Assembly (NCBI GenBank): GCA_964016885.1 | Contig: OZ024743.1 | Location: 52,824,001 to 52,888,000, forward strand | DNA: 64,000 bases | Direction: 5' to 3' | From: Eledone cirrhosa | Lineage: Eukaryota | Shown: positions 1 through 15,151 of the stretch, one piece after another | Position numbering within the stretch: position 1 is the stretch's first letter | Layout: every line of letters starts with the position of its first letter | Notes under the pieces: generated by a model | The model's input: only the letters and a program-made list of their open reading frames with translations | The model's database searches: none | Told to the model about the DNA's origin: nothing | Position numbers and translations under genes: made by a program

Positions 1-105
1 AAGGGTGGATGGAAGTGATGGAAGAGTGAAAGGGTGGATGGAAGTGATGGAAGGGTGAAAGGGTGGATGGAAGTGCTGGAAGGGTGAAAGGGTGGATGGA
101 AGTGA
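1..105. repeat. 29-bp minisatellite (AAGGGTGGATGGAAGTGATGGAAGGGTGA), about 3.5 units, cut by the window edge
   Basis: Direct tandem units visible in the sequence. Confidence 0.9.
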
Positions 106-579
106 AAGATGGAAACAAAAATATAACATGGCGGGAGACGAAAAAAAAACGAAAAGAAAAAAGAAATAATAATTTTTAAAAAGTCAAAAGCATCAATAAA
201 AAGCAACATTATTAACTTTTATAACTTTGAGTGCGTGTTTATATTATCATATAATAGACATCACACCACCCGGTCTGTTTTTACCTTTTCTACACCTCAG
301 TGTCCTTCTTTATCTACATGTTGAACCACAATCCTTATTCTCTTCTATTTTACTATTTCTCTCCTTTAGTTAAGCCCTTGTACTCTCTATATTTGTGTAA
401 TTTGTCTAAAGGTATAACTTGTCTCTGTTTTGTTATGTGCCTGGACATGGAATGAATGGTATCGACCTTAACCCACCAAAACCGTAGAGATCTGTCTGTC
501 TTTCTGTTGTTTTTTCCATTGTCTTTATCCGGTGCGCTCCCTATTTTGAATTTATATATAATTAGTTGATTCAGTCTGT

Positions 580-1040
580 ATGTGTGTACATAGGTCTAAA
601 TTAACGTCTAGGGGGTTAATATTGTTGAGGTTGGTGGATATAGTAATTGTTAAGCCTAGGCTGTTGAAGGTAGTAATCAGTTTTTTTCTAAATGTGTTGA
701 GGTCATGGCCACTTTTATGACTGGATAGTGCCAGACTGTCATCACGATATAGGTCTTATGGAAGTCAGGGAATTTCTTATGTAGTGTATCTAAGATAAAA
801 AAGTCCACCAAATCACATATATCATCACTGTCAAATGATCCCATCGGGACATCAAATAGGTCGTTGTTAGTGGATTTCTTTCTCCAGGGGTCGTCTTTAT
901 TAAAGAGGAGGGTTTTTCTGCTGTGGGATATTACTAATTGATCTAACTCATCTATATTGGTCAAATTGCTAGCGAATTCAAGGCTTTTCAAGTAAAATCC
1001 TGGATATCGAAGGGTAAAAGTCAACTATATCAAAGTGTTA
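580..1040 (-). pseudogene. Degenerate Penelope-like element reverse transcriptase fragment
   Basis: ORF 677-1024 reads FDVPMGSFDSDDICDLVDFFIL (PLE RT motif 4 region). A shifted frame gives DLYRDDSLAL (catalytic YRDD, ~722-755) and then FRKKLITTFNSLGLTITISTNLNNINPLDVNLDL, which matches the KIVNFLDVTLNLNTG segment of the 16.8-kb PLE. Confidence 0.85.
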
Positions 1041-1202
1041 TTCAGTGAATATCTGGTGGTACCTATATGAGCACTCGATGTACAGACAGAATGTATATGA
1101 TAAAAAACAAAACATGTTCTTATTGTGTATCGTCCTGCTACGCGAGTATTGCGTATACACAATAAAACATAAATACAAATAAACGAAACTTCACCATTTT
1201 GC

Positions 1203-1288
<86 letters not shown>

Positions 1289-1293
<5 letters not shown>

Positions 1294-1490
1294 TAAAATA
1301 ACAGATTAAAGTTTAAGCAAAGAATCGATGCTTTCACCCTTAACGGGATCTTCTGAAACTAAAAAAGTCAATCTGCGAATGCAGAATTAAATATTTCAAA
1401 AAACGTTGCAACCGGAGGAAGACAGGGAGACGATACTTTGGTTCGTGGAAACGTTCCCCGGCAAAGAACGGGAAAAAACGAAAAAAAGCC
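1289..1490 (-). repeat. Dispersed non-coding repeat family adjacent to (TA)n; other copies at ~10360-10512, ~22950-23050 and ~49978-50115
   Basis: Shared blocks such as GATCTTCTGAAACTAAAAAA...GACGATACTTTGGTTCG and CGAGCCCTCTTTGGATTTTAGTCTTCA. Confidence 0.75.
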
Positions 1491-3516
<2,026 letters not shown>

Positions 3517-4208
3517 CATATATACATATATATGTATATGAGAGTGAGGAAGAATCGACCTTCCATTATTGGACTGGTACTTTATTTATCAACCTTGAAA
3601 CGATGAAAAGTAAAGTTGGTTTCGGCAAGTTTTGAACTCCGAACTCTGAGACCCGGAACACATAATGTAAAACATTCGAATTCACTGCCATTTATCATCT
3701 ACAAAGCTCTACTAATAATTTTGCCTAATTCACAGCTATATAGCAACCATACAGGTCACTACATTCATTACCACTATTACTCTATTATATTTCAAAACAA
3801 TGTCCAACCAATGCGAATCACAACGAAATAAATGAGAATCTTTTTTCTATAGTTTAGAAATCCTGACACGACATCAAACGACATTGAATAGAAAAGAAAA
3901 TGAATAGAAAAACGAGACGAAACCAAGATTTGATCAAAGCAGACGACATTTTTTTGTTTTTTGTTGGTCCAACAAAAGGAAGATAACTAGTTGTTATCTG
4001 GCGAGATATTTATTCAAATGTTCATGATTATATATTATAGTCTTATTTTCCATTGTTATCTTTGATTTCCGTTATTTTGAACCCGGTTGAACTCCACCGG
4101 AGTATTTTATTTCCAGATTTTTCTATTTTTTCTCCCTGTTTTGTTTCAAAGAGAGGCACTCATTGTCCTCATTCCCTACCTAAAATTGATTAGGCTCGCA
4201 TACTTTAC

Positions 4209-4292
<84 letters not shown>

Positions 4293-4334
4293 TGTATACA
4301 TACACACACACACACATATATATATATATGCAAA

Positions 4335-4421
<87 letters not shown>

Positions 4422-4849
4422 AGCGTGTGTATGTGTGTGGTGTTCTGTGTTGTGTGAACAGCTAATGCAATGATACGACAGTGCATGCTGAAAGTAAAAC
4501 GTGTCCGTCACCTGGTTTCCATTCTTATTTGGAACAATGTCTGTTATAGACATTAGAACAATGACTCTTATGATTGGTTAAGTTATAATGGCATCCTTTA
4601 GCTTGACACAGAAACTGGACTACATGTTATCCTGTGAGGAAAAATGTGGAACGTGCCCGTGTATAGGTCAGAAAGAATTCTCTCTGACTGGAGATGGAAG
4701 CTAAAATGTATTGAATTGAACAAAAAAACAAAACAAATATATATATATGAAATGAAATTTGCAGCTGGCCTCCTATAAAGTTACATGTCATAGAAAGTTT
4801 CTTAGGTGTTTCAATGATTGGGACTCAAGTCCTATCATGTTGATGTTGT

Positions 4850-5070
4850 TACAGCTCCCACTTATGTAGGTTTAGCTGGCCTGCCACGAGGTTGAATCTC
4901 ATAGGGTTCTCGGGCGTTTTTGCGAATAGAGGTCCTCAGTCCTATCAGGAAAAGCAACGCGAATTGAAGTGTTCTGTTCAAGTACACAATGCACTGCTCA
5001 GTTCAGGAATCGAATCCACGATCCTGTGATCGTGAGTCCAACACCCTAACCACTAGGTCACCTGCCTTCA
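4850..5070 (-). mobile_element. tRNA-derived SINE, family 2 (also 49262-49504)
   Basis: The minus strand has A-box-like (TGACCTAGTGG) and B-box-like (GATTCGATTCC) motifs; the body is shared with the 49.3-kb copy. Confidence 0.7.
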
Positions 5071-5221
5071 CGAAAGGTTTTACCTCGCAGTGATATTGTG
5101 TTCTACTTATTTTAATAGGACTACTGTAACATTGGCATCCGAGACACCAATTACCTCCGTAGTATCCCTGGGGATTATGTTAGGAATGCATGTATCGACG
5201 GAATACTCAACCACATACAAT

Positions 5222-5405
5222 ATAATTGTTTCTACTTTTGGCACAAGGCCAAAATTACCCAGTACATTACTGGTACTTTATTTTATCGACCCCGTAAGGA
5301 TGAAAGGCAAAGTTAATCTCGACGGGATTTGAACTCAAATCGTAAAGGAACATAACTCTATGCGTCAAAGCATGGTGGCCAACCTTCTACCGATACTACC
5401 AATCC
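5222..5405 (-). mobile_element. tRNA-derived SINE, family 1
   Basis: A box TGGxAGTATCGG, B box GAGTTCAAATCCC, core GCCTTTCATCCTTACGGGGTCGATAAAATAAAGTACCAG, 3' end GTAGAAACAATTA(TT). More than ten copies in the window. Confidence 0.85.
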
Positions 5406-5551
5406 ACATACAATATAATACAACATAAATTGTATCTATAAATTAAAGGTCCAGTGTAGGCAGATACTATGCTACATTGATTTTCCCCGAGGTTTACTTT
5501 AAGGGTGCAAAGTATCTGTGGAGCCCTAAATCACTTGCAATACAAAGGTTT

Positions 5552-5698
5552 CAACAATTTTTGGGGAGGGGAAGTCGATTAAATCGAGCCCAGTGCATTA
5601 CTAGTACTTTATTTTATCGACCCCGTAAGGATGAAAGACAAAGTTAACCTCGGTACGATTTGAACTCAGAACGAGGCATGGTGTCTGACGCTCTACTG
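5552..5698 (-). mobile_element. tRNA-derived SINE, family 1 variant
   Basis: Same core and B box with an alternative 3' segment (GATTTAATCGACTTCCCC). Confidence 0.75.
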
Positions 5699-6197
5699 AA
5701 ACTGGAGCAGCCTGTGCCTCCCTAAATAATGTTAAGAGTACGAATGTCTACGGAATACCCAGCCATGTATGCTATATAATTCACTGTTTATTGAACAGCT
5801 TGAATTCCCGAGAACGTCTTTATCTAATTCCACTAATTGGTGTGCGGCCCTACTGGAGCACTGTCATCATATTTTTATTCATGTGCACGTGTGGAGAGTT
5901 AGAAGAGTAAAGTTGGAAGTCTTGTAAAAAGGATCGTGGGTGAGTGTGTGTATCTGTGTATGTGTATGTGTGAGTGTATGTGTGTGTACGTATGTGTGAA
6001 TGTATGAGTGGGCGGCGTGAGTGTGTGAGTGTGTGTATGTATGTGTGTGTATATATATATATGAATGAGTGTGTGTGTATGTGTGTATATTTATATATAT
6101 ATATATATGAGTGTGTGTGTATATATATATATGAATGAGTGTGTGTGTATGTGTGTATATTTATATATATATATATATATGAGTGAGTGTGTGTATG

Positions 6198-6286
<89 letters not shown>

Positions 6287-6484
6287 GAGTGAGTGTGTGT
6301 GTGTGTGTATGTGTGTATATTTATATATATATATATATGAGTGAGTGCGTGTGTATGTATGTGTATATATATATATATGAGTGTGTGTATGTATGTGTGT
6401 GTATGTGTGTATATATATATATATGAGTGAGTGCGTGTGTATGTATGTGTATATATATATATGAGTGTGTGTATGTGTGTGTGT

Positions 6485-6563
<79 letters not shown>

Positions 6564-6765
6564 TGTGTGTATGTATGGTAGGAGGCGCCATTATGATAAC
6601 TGTAATGTCAACATTAACTACGATGACCAAGGGCGTTCTAGTGACAGCTTGCTTAATTTCCGCTCATTACACACACACACACACTTTAATATCATCCACA
6701 CACGCACACCTAGTAATCCTACCACCACCACCATCACTGCTAGAACCCAAATCACCATCACCACC

Positions 6766-6818
<53 letters not shown>

Positions 6819-7839
6819 ATATAAATAGTACCATTGAATAACCACTGTTATAGACACCATATATATTTCTGTGGGTACTTAGTACCTACTGGAATATTTA
6901 TATCATTTATTTGTATTCTCCTTTTATGTAGAGAAAAAAATGTTGTATCGTGCTGCTATTTCTAGTAACTAGGACGGGGCAGTAACGCCTACAATTATCT
7001 TGTCAGCCCATAAATCAATCCCATCTTTGCTGTTGTTTATTCCTTCGGACCAAACAATTATATCTACGTATCTCACATTAGCACTCATGATCTCTAACTG
7101 TTGAACTTAATTCTAAGTACATTACCTTATTACTCCTACACTCCTTGAAATCTTATTTTCTTCTTATTATTATTATGATCATCTCAATGTATCCCTAATT
7201 TTATCCATCATGTTATCTCTATTTACCATGCATATTTTATTATTTTATTACTTTTATTGTCTCTATTATTGTTCTTATTATTGTCTTATTTATACACTAT
7301 TTGTTACTAATGTTGTGAAAACTAAACCCCCATGATTCGAACTAACAATCCCGACTTTTAGAATAGGCCACCTAAAACCTTTAAATACCGAATCTCCAAC
7401 TTCACTTAATACCACATAAAACCCATATATCTCTATGCACCCGCTCTATCATTTTCACTAAGTTGATACAACGAAAATACTTATCTATCAAACTATAAAT
7501 CAATCTCCGATTTATTGCTAGTGTTCTTTTAGACCTACAGCACACGTATACACCTCATAATTACTCCTAAATCCTGACTCCAAGTACATTTTATCAGTTA
7601 TCTCTTCACCAACTTAATACTAAATCTAATGTACCATATAGCAGTTTTCACATGTCAATTTCATACATCTGTATTATATCAGTTCGTTTAATATGCTAGA
7701 TTTATCATTATACTCTATTTCTTACTTATATTGATGTTATTAAACTATTCAGTATCTAGTTATTTTATTATTGATATTATTGTTCTGGTTTAGTACCACT
7801 CCTCTATAAAAGCCATGCCTCGAGTATCTTCCTCACTTT

Positions 7840-8160
7840 CGCACGCTCTGATGAAAGGACTGGTTATAAACAAAGTATTGGAGATCGAGTGACGCAACAC
7901 CAAGCGAATAGCGAACTCTAGACCTACCAGATCAAAGAAACAATTGTCAGCAATTGTATAGCGAACCATGTCACTCTTCTTTCTTGAATTATTATTACTC
8001 CAAGTATAAACTACATAGAAATCACCGCGAACTCGCAGCATCACTATGGAAACGTCTTGTTGAGTCAAACTAAGCCACACGTTAATACCATCCACAACAC
8101 GGATTACTCTAACTGGACTACATCTAAGTGGACTACCTATAACGATAACCTGTTATCCCG
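7840..8160 (+). repeat. Dispersed repeat ending in (TA)n; diverged copy on the minus strand at ~53680-54005
   Basis: Shared AACGTCTTGTTGAGTCAAAC...ACCTATAACGATA...TGTTATCC terminus. Confidence 0.65.
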
Positions 8161-8162
8161 TA

Positions 8163-8214
<52 letters not shown>

Positions 8215-8659
8215 GACAGGGGGGGGGGGGAAATGGCTTCACTTGTGCTTTCAACAAATTTATTTTCTTCACAAAATCCAAAAAGAATTTTTTTCGTGAT
8301 TAGAAAAAAATTTTTTCTTAAAAAAAATTATTTTATAAATTAAGTTGTTGGGTCTTAGGAGTTCTTGGTTAACGAAGGAGGTATTGTTTCGTTTTTAGAA
8401 CGACCTTTCACGCTGAGGTGCGCTTGTCAAACTGATGTGTATGTGGTGTGTTGTTCTATATATAGGGATTTAACATATAGTTTCTCTCTTACTGCTTCCC
8501 CGCTCTCTCTGTTTCTCTCACCTTCTTTCGCCCCCTCTGTCAGTTACACTTTCTCTCGACTGACCGCTTCCTCGCACTTCCACTCACTCACTCTCTGTTT
8601 CTCCCCTTCTCACTTCCTCCCGTTTGGCTAACAGCGGGCCTCTCTTCTTGCTTACATCT

Positions 8660-9092
<433 letters not shown>

Positions 9093-9591
9093 GGTTACGT
9101 AAGGAAGAAACATTGTAAGCCAATAAAAATCTTTTGATGTTGTAGACGCTCTTGTGTTCTTTTTCATATATACGGCTCTGCTCCAAAGCATAGAGCTAAT
9201 TATTATGCTGCCAATACCTTAATGGGACACGGGTATACAATACCTAGCTCCTATTAACCTAAGTATTTATATATATATATATATATATCTGCAGAGGCAT
9301 TGGGAGTATTTCTGAATTTGAGGAGAGATGTGAGGGGGACCAAATTTGGACAATTTAGTTGTAGTGATTAGTTTAGCTCTCTGCACTCTAAATTGGTCAG
9401 AAAACTTGGATATGTGATAAACATAACATGTACATAAATTGTAGCGTATATACAAATAGATGTGTTTTGGTAGTTTGGGGAGAAAATATATTTATTAGAG
9501 GGGGACATGCCCCCTCCCTTCCACCGCTACTGTTTATATCGAGCTTCTTTGGTAAGAAACTGGTATTATACCAAATTCATTCATCTCCTAT

Positions 9592-9662
<71 letters not shown>

Positions 9663-9670
<8 letters not shown>

Positions 9671-10224
9671 TAAAAAAATAATGAATAAAACAATGAAACA
9701 GTTCCTTATATTAAACAAAAAAAGTTCATTATTTAACGATCGTTTCTAGGATATATATGTGTTAGAATTGGCATGCATATTCAACAGATCTATGTACAAA
9801 ATTATACAAAATTATACAAACTATCAAAATTAAATATACATACCAAACACATATATATGCCGTCTTCAGAAATAATTGTTTCTGAAGACGGCATATATAT
9901 GTGTTTGGTATGTATATTTAATTTTGATAGTTTGTATAATTTTGTATAATTTTGTACATAGATCTGTTGAATATGCATGCCAATTCTAACACATATATAT
10001 CCTAGAAACGATCGTTAAATAATGAACTTTTTTTGTTTAATATAAGGAACTGTTTCATTGTTTTATTCATTATTTTTTTAATATTTTATCTTGACTCTGT
10101 ATTCCGTTTATCTTTCACCGAAAGTGATTTTTCATTGCATCTCTTCTTTCCACGATATCCGGATTACATTGAGTTCTTCATACGGATTGGACACTACCGT
10201 AAACTCTTGGTAGATTTATCTACA
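9663..10224 (+). mobile_element. Foldback hammerhead element: ~212-bp inverted arms with no loop (axis 9875/9876) plus an unpaired 3' tail
   Basis: 9663-9875 is the reverse complement of 9876-10089. The 3' end ACACTACCGTAAACTCTTGGTAGATTTATCTACA recurs alone in (TA)n at 13132-13165. Confidence 0.9.
9875..10023 (+). ncRNA. Type I hammerhead ribozyme with a very long stem II (mirror copy on the minus strand at ~9728-9876)
   Basis: ATTGTTT-CTGAAGA-cGG.ATATATATGTGTT...AACACATATATATCC-ta-GAAA-CGATCG-TT-AAATAAT: stem I, stem II and a palindromic stem III are all present. Confidence 0.8.
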
Positions 10225-10515
10225 TATATATATATATATACATATACAGTGTACCCCCGGCATTCGCGGTCCCGGTTATTCGCGGTATTTTCTTTAGAAC
10301 TTAACTGATATTTGTTCGTGGAAACCACCGCATATTTTTATGGCTTTTTTCGTGGCAATATAACCTTATATAACCTGCTTTCAACCTTAACGCGATCTTC
10401 TGAAACTAAAAAAATCAATCTGTGAACGCAGATGTAAATATTTTGAAAAACGTTGCAACCGCAGGAAAACAGGAAGACGATACTTTGGTTCGAAAAGACG
10501 TTCCCTGGCGTAAGA

Positions 10516-10546
<31 letters not shown>

Positions 10547-10714
10547 ATATATACATATATATACACACACTATATATACATATATACACACACTTATCCC
10601 GTCATAATGACGTAATGCAGACAACCAGGCATACAGACAGATATTATAAGGGTGCAACGTTATATCTATGTATCTATCTAAAAAGAGAAAGACTAAGAGT
10701 TATAGAGAGATATC

Positions 10715-10890
10715 GCTAAATCGCCTAATTCGGTCCCTAGCGCATTGAAAATTTGAAATTTTTTTGCTCAAAACACTCACAAGGACCATAAGTATTACAT
10801 GTGTAAAGTTTGAAAACAATCGGTTGGGCGGTTCTCGAGTTTTAGTGAATTGGACAGACAGACATACATTCTCTGTTTTAGATATATAGA
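10715..10890 (+). mobile_element. Putative non-autonomous Helitron/Helentron-like (Lep1/DINE-type) 3' portion
   Basis: AAAGTTTGAAAACAATCGGTTGGGCGGTTCTCGAG followed by (GACA)n and TTTTAGATATATAGA, an end layout typical of such elements; recognised by resemblance only. Confidence 0.45.
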
Positions 10891-10937
10891 TAATTACAGT
10901 TGGTGGGGTGAGGAACTAACGATAGGGTGAGGTGGGG

Positions 10938-11126
10938 ATAATAATTGTTTCTACATTTGGCACAAGGCCAGCAATTATCCCAGTGAATTACTGGTACTTT
11001 ATTTTATCGACCCCGTAAGGATGAAAGGCAAAGTTAACGTCGGCAGGATTTGAATTCAGACCATAAAGGGCCGTAACTTTTTGCTGCAAAACATGACGTC
11101 CGACCCTCTACCGATACTGCCAATCC
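10938..11126 (-). mobile_element. tRNA-derived SINE, family 1
   Basis: Full head, core and (ATT)n tail. Confidence 0.85.
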
Positions 11127-11812
11127 ACTGCCCTGGGGATAATAATGGTGCTGGGAAGGGGTACAAGATGAAATCTGGGGTCTATGATAAAACGTTGGAT
11201 CTTGTCTAACGCCCAATCCTTTGGGATTTTAAAATTTGAGATAGAAATAAAGAAATAAATATTTGACATTTCAGGCGAACTTTTAAAATATTTAAAATTT
11301 CTTCGTACCTCTCTCCTCTCCTCAATTTTTGTACCCCTTCTCTCTATGCTCCCTTTCTCTCTTCTCTCTGTACCCCCTCTCTCTATCGTAACCCTCTCAT
11401 GTTCTTTATTTCTTATACCCACACACACATTGCACACAAACACTTAACATACACACATACACACTCACACACTGCATACAAACACACATCACACTGACAC
11501 ATTACATGTATATATACACACTGACACATTACATGTTCATATATACACTGACACATTACATGTGTATTTACACTCATTACAAATACGAAAACACATTGCA
11601 CACATATACGAATACATATTATACCCACACACATATATGAATACATATTATACCTACACACAGATTGTGACATTTTAAAATGCTGTTCTTTCAATTTATA
11701 AAGATTGTAAATATAATTACATATACAAACAAAAATATATTTATTCCCTTCAAACGGAATGTAATTATATATATACAGAATCTGGCAAATTTTGTTTATA
11801 TTCAGCAAACAC

Positions 11813-11906
<94 letters not shown>

Positions 11907-11970
11907 ACACCCACACACACACAACACGCGCGCGCGCACACACGCACGCGCACACACAGACACACACACA

Positions 11971-12044
<74 letters not shown>

Positions 12045-12045
<1 letters not shown>

Positions 12046-12370
12046 TATATTCAATGATATTAAATAATCAGATAAAATACAAAGTTTGTTTTATAAATAG
12101 AGACATACCCATGAAAATCAAACCTTATCGGTTGGAACTATCCAGTGAATTTCCAACCGATAAGGTATGATTTTCATGGGTATGTCTCTATTTATAACAC
12201 AAACTTTGTATTTTGTATTTTATCTGATGAAAGCGTATCAATGTGTCTTGGTACCCGTGAAATATATATAATAAAATAAATATGGTTTTACTCCAGTAAA
12301 CTGTTGAGCGCTCTTTTATAAACATTTATATTTGTTGGACTTCCAACAAATTAAATACCCATTCTACTTA
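12045..12370 (+). mobile_element. Short 3'-end derivative of the 15-19 kb PLE family, with an inverted 5' arm and a hammerhead
   Basis: Hairpin 12069-12137 / 12152-12226. HHR TATTTTAT-CTGATGA-..GTATCAA tgtgtc TTGGTAC..-GAAA-TATATA-TA-ATAAAATA at 12216-12278. Confidence 0.85.
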
Positions 12371-12648
12371 TATATATATATATATATTAGAATTCTATAA
12401 GAATATAACATCAGTGATCTCAGTAGACAGGTGGAAGTAGTTAGCCTTGATAAGCATCAATAAATGCAAAACAAGGCCTTGTCGGCTTATCTCCCCTTGT
12501 TTGCTGAGATTAAAGTAAGTGAGTTTGTCACTACTCTAAAACAATAGCATACGGTCTTCAAAATGCTTTTAATTAAGCATAAAGTGTATTGCAAAATACA
12601 TTATATATACATTCATATATATATTGCTATTTCAGAGCTCCAATTCTA

Positions 12649-12700
<52 letters not shown>

Positions 12701-12703
<3 letters not shown>

Positions 12704-12905
12704 TAGTAACACAACAGTTTGTTCACCATACAGAGAACAATTGTTTCACTTTAGCGAATCCTCAGCTCGTAGCTGAGGATCCGCTAAGGTGAAACAATTG
12801 TTCTCGGTATGCTGAACTAACTGTTGTGTAACCACTTCTACCTAACTCGTCCCATGGACTGAGTGCTCTACCACTACGGATATTACCTTCCAGTGTTCTA
12901 CCACT
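12701..12905 (+). mobile_element. Foldback hammerhead element (~65-bp arms, apex ~12767-12770) in (TA)n
   Basis: CGTAG-CTGAGGA-tCC gctaa GGt-GAAA-CAATTG-TT-CTCG at 12768-12806, mirrored on the minus strand. Confidence 0.85.
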
Positions 12906-13084
12906 ATATATATATATGTATAAAAAACATGGGAAGAAAGAGTAATACTGCGTGGTTGCACATGGGTTACATATTATAAAATTAGTCCCTCATCAGTGAT
13001 TTGCCAACCATCATTGGTATTTCATCGCATTAAAAATCATATACCTCAGGTTGGTGCGAGCAATAACTAAAATAAGCTATTGGG

Positions 13085-13135
<51 letters not shown>

Positions 13136-13161
13136 TACCGTAAACTCTTGGTAGATTTATC

Positions 13162-13232
<71 letters not shown>

Positions 13233-13551
13233 CGTTAGTAGTGGGATTCTTTCTTTCTCACATCTCATTCACGTCGAACGGTCTGTTTTCTGACCGCTCA
13301 TTAAATTCACCCAGCTTATGCTGATCGGATAACCATCATGTTGCTTGCTTTTTTCCTACCTTCGGTTTGCTTTTCCTTCTTGTTGTTTACTTGTCTCACT
13401 CGCTTTACGCGATTCACTTGTCCCAATAGCTAATTTTAGTTATTGCTCGCACTAACCTGAGGTATATGATTTTTAATGCGATGAAATACCAATGATGGTT
13501 GGCAAATCACTGATGAAGACTAATTTTATAATATGTAACCCATGTGCAACC

Positions 13552-13729
13552 AAGGTTTCAGGACCCTAGACAATATTAACATATGTCTAGTCATCGGACA
13601 GAGGGGTTATCTAGACGTTAACATTGTCTAGGGTCCTGAAACCTTTGGTAATGGATTAGTTATATATTGTGTTGTTCACTCTCTAATCTAATTAGATAGC
13701 TCTGTTTTATGCATAGAGCACTCTTTTTT

Positions 13730-13733
<4 letters not shown>
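13552..13733 (+). mobile_element. Hammerhead element family 'GAAACCTTTGGTA' with a 5' inversion; other copies at 20696-20986, 53425-53572 and 57751-58002
   Basis: Inverted arms 13552-13580 / 13617-13645; CCGATGA core on the minus strand at 13591-13597; shared tail ending ...CATAGAGCACTC. Confidence 0.8.
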
Positions 13734-13769
<36 letters not shown>

Positions 13770-13775
<6 letters not shown>

Positions 13776-14150
13776 GCAAGTTTGAAGAATTATTCGATAA
13801 AATATACCCAGTCTTTCTTCACCCTAGTCCGTAGAAATCAACTAGATAAATAATCATTTAAACGGAGCTATAAGTTTAAAATGTAGCTGTTCCTCGCGGA
13901 AAATAGTCTGTATCATTTATCTATTATTTCTTCGAAGTTACATTTTAAACTTATAGCTCCGTTTAAATGATTATTTATCTAGTTGATTTCTACGGACTAG
14001 GGTGAAGAAAGACTGGGTATATTTTATCGAATAATTCTTCAAACTTGCAATTTTATATATAGCTCTGATTAATAATCATTTGCTTAATTACATTTTTAAT
14101 TGAGCCACACCGTGAAAGGTAGCCATACATGTATCTGTGACTGTCTAAAT
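13770..14150 (+). mobile_element. Foldback element in (TA)n: arms 13770-13886 / 13938-14053 plus an unpaired tail
   Basis: Near-perfect ~115-bp inverted repeat; a diverged relative lies at ~32210-32330. Confidence 0.85.
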
Positions 14151-14184
14151 ATATACATATATATATATATACATATATCCCTAT

Positions 14185-14404
14185 CGGCTTAATACGGGAT
14201 GTTTGTTTACAAACACACCGAGCATTATAATAAATGTTCGGTGAATCCATACGTACATATATATATATATGTGCATGTATCTATATGTATATACATACTA
14301 CTGTACGTCTGTATACATATATGTATGTACGTGTACACACTTATGTTTAAGTAACAGCCGTACTAAGAGTGGGAAATGAAATTTCGTTTCATTTTTTCCG
14401 TTTA
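14185..14404 (+). mobile_element. Solo terminal repeat of the retrozyme-like element at 1491 and 33975 (shorter piece at ~26070-26138)
   Basis: Begins CGGCTTAAT and ends CATTTTTTCCGTTTA, matching the repeated part of the larger copies. Confidence 0.8.
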
Positions 14405-14412
14405 TATATATA

Positions 14413-14567
<155 letters not shown>

Positions 14568-15076
14568 CAATAGAAACCAGTTGTAAATCCACTAAACTTT
14601 AATCAGTTTGAAGGAAAAGATAACTTAATGTTCTGCAGCTTTTGAATCTCTGATGTTCAAAACATGTAATGGCTCCTTGTTGAGTGTTGGACCGCCGTCA
14701 GTTTCAGCGATGAGTGTTCCAGTTGTTCGACCAACGCCTGCTCAGACTTTCACATGCGAGTGACTGAGCATTCCACAGACCCGTGTACCGTTAACATGAA
14801 GATTAAGCAAGACACAGTGTGTGACATAGCTGATCCTTTGAATTACAGATACAACTCATTTTTGCCAACTGAGAGAACTGGAACAATGTGGTATAAAATG
14901 TCTTGCCTAAAGATACAAAACATCACCAAATATTGAATTGAAGTCGTGACGATCGTGATCCGAACGTCTTAACCAGGCACCTACTGCTCTCAATTGTGCA
15001 TGGTCAACCGACGAGAAAGTGTCGTATATGTGTGTCCGTTGTAACAGTTACATTCATGAAGCTTACAACTTTCATG

Positions 15077-15151
<75 letters not shown>

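Noticed and set aside
1325-1362. Hammerhead-like CAGAAGA-CCC gttaa GGG-GAAA on the minus strand; similar weak motifs near 7848, 27440-27510 and 50697
   Set aside because: Core substitutions and no convincing stem I or stem III; possibly decayed ribozymes but not supportable.
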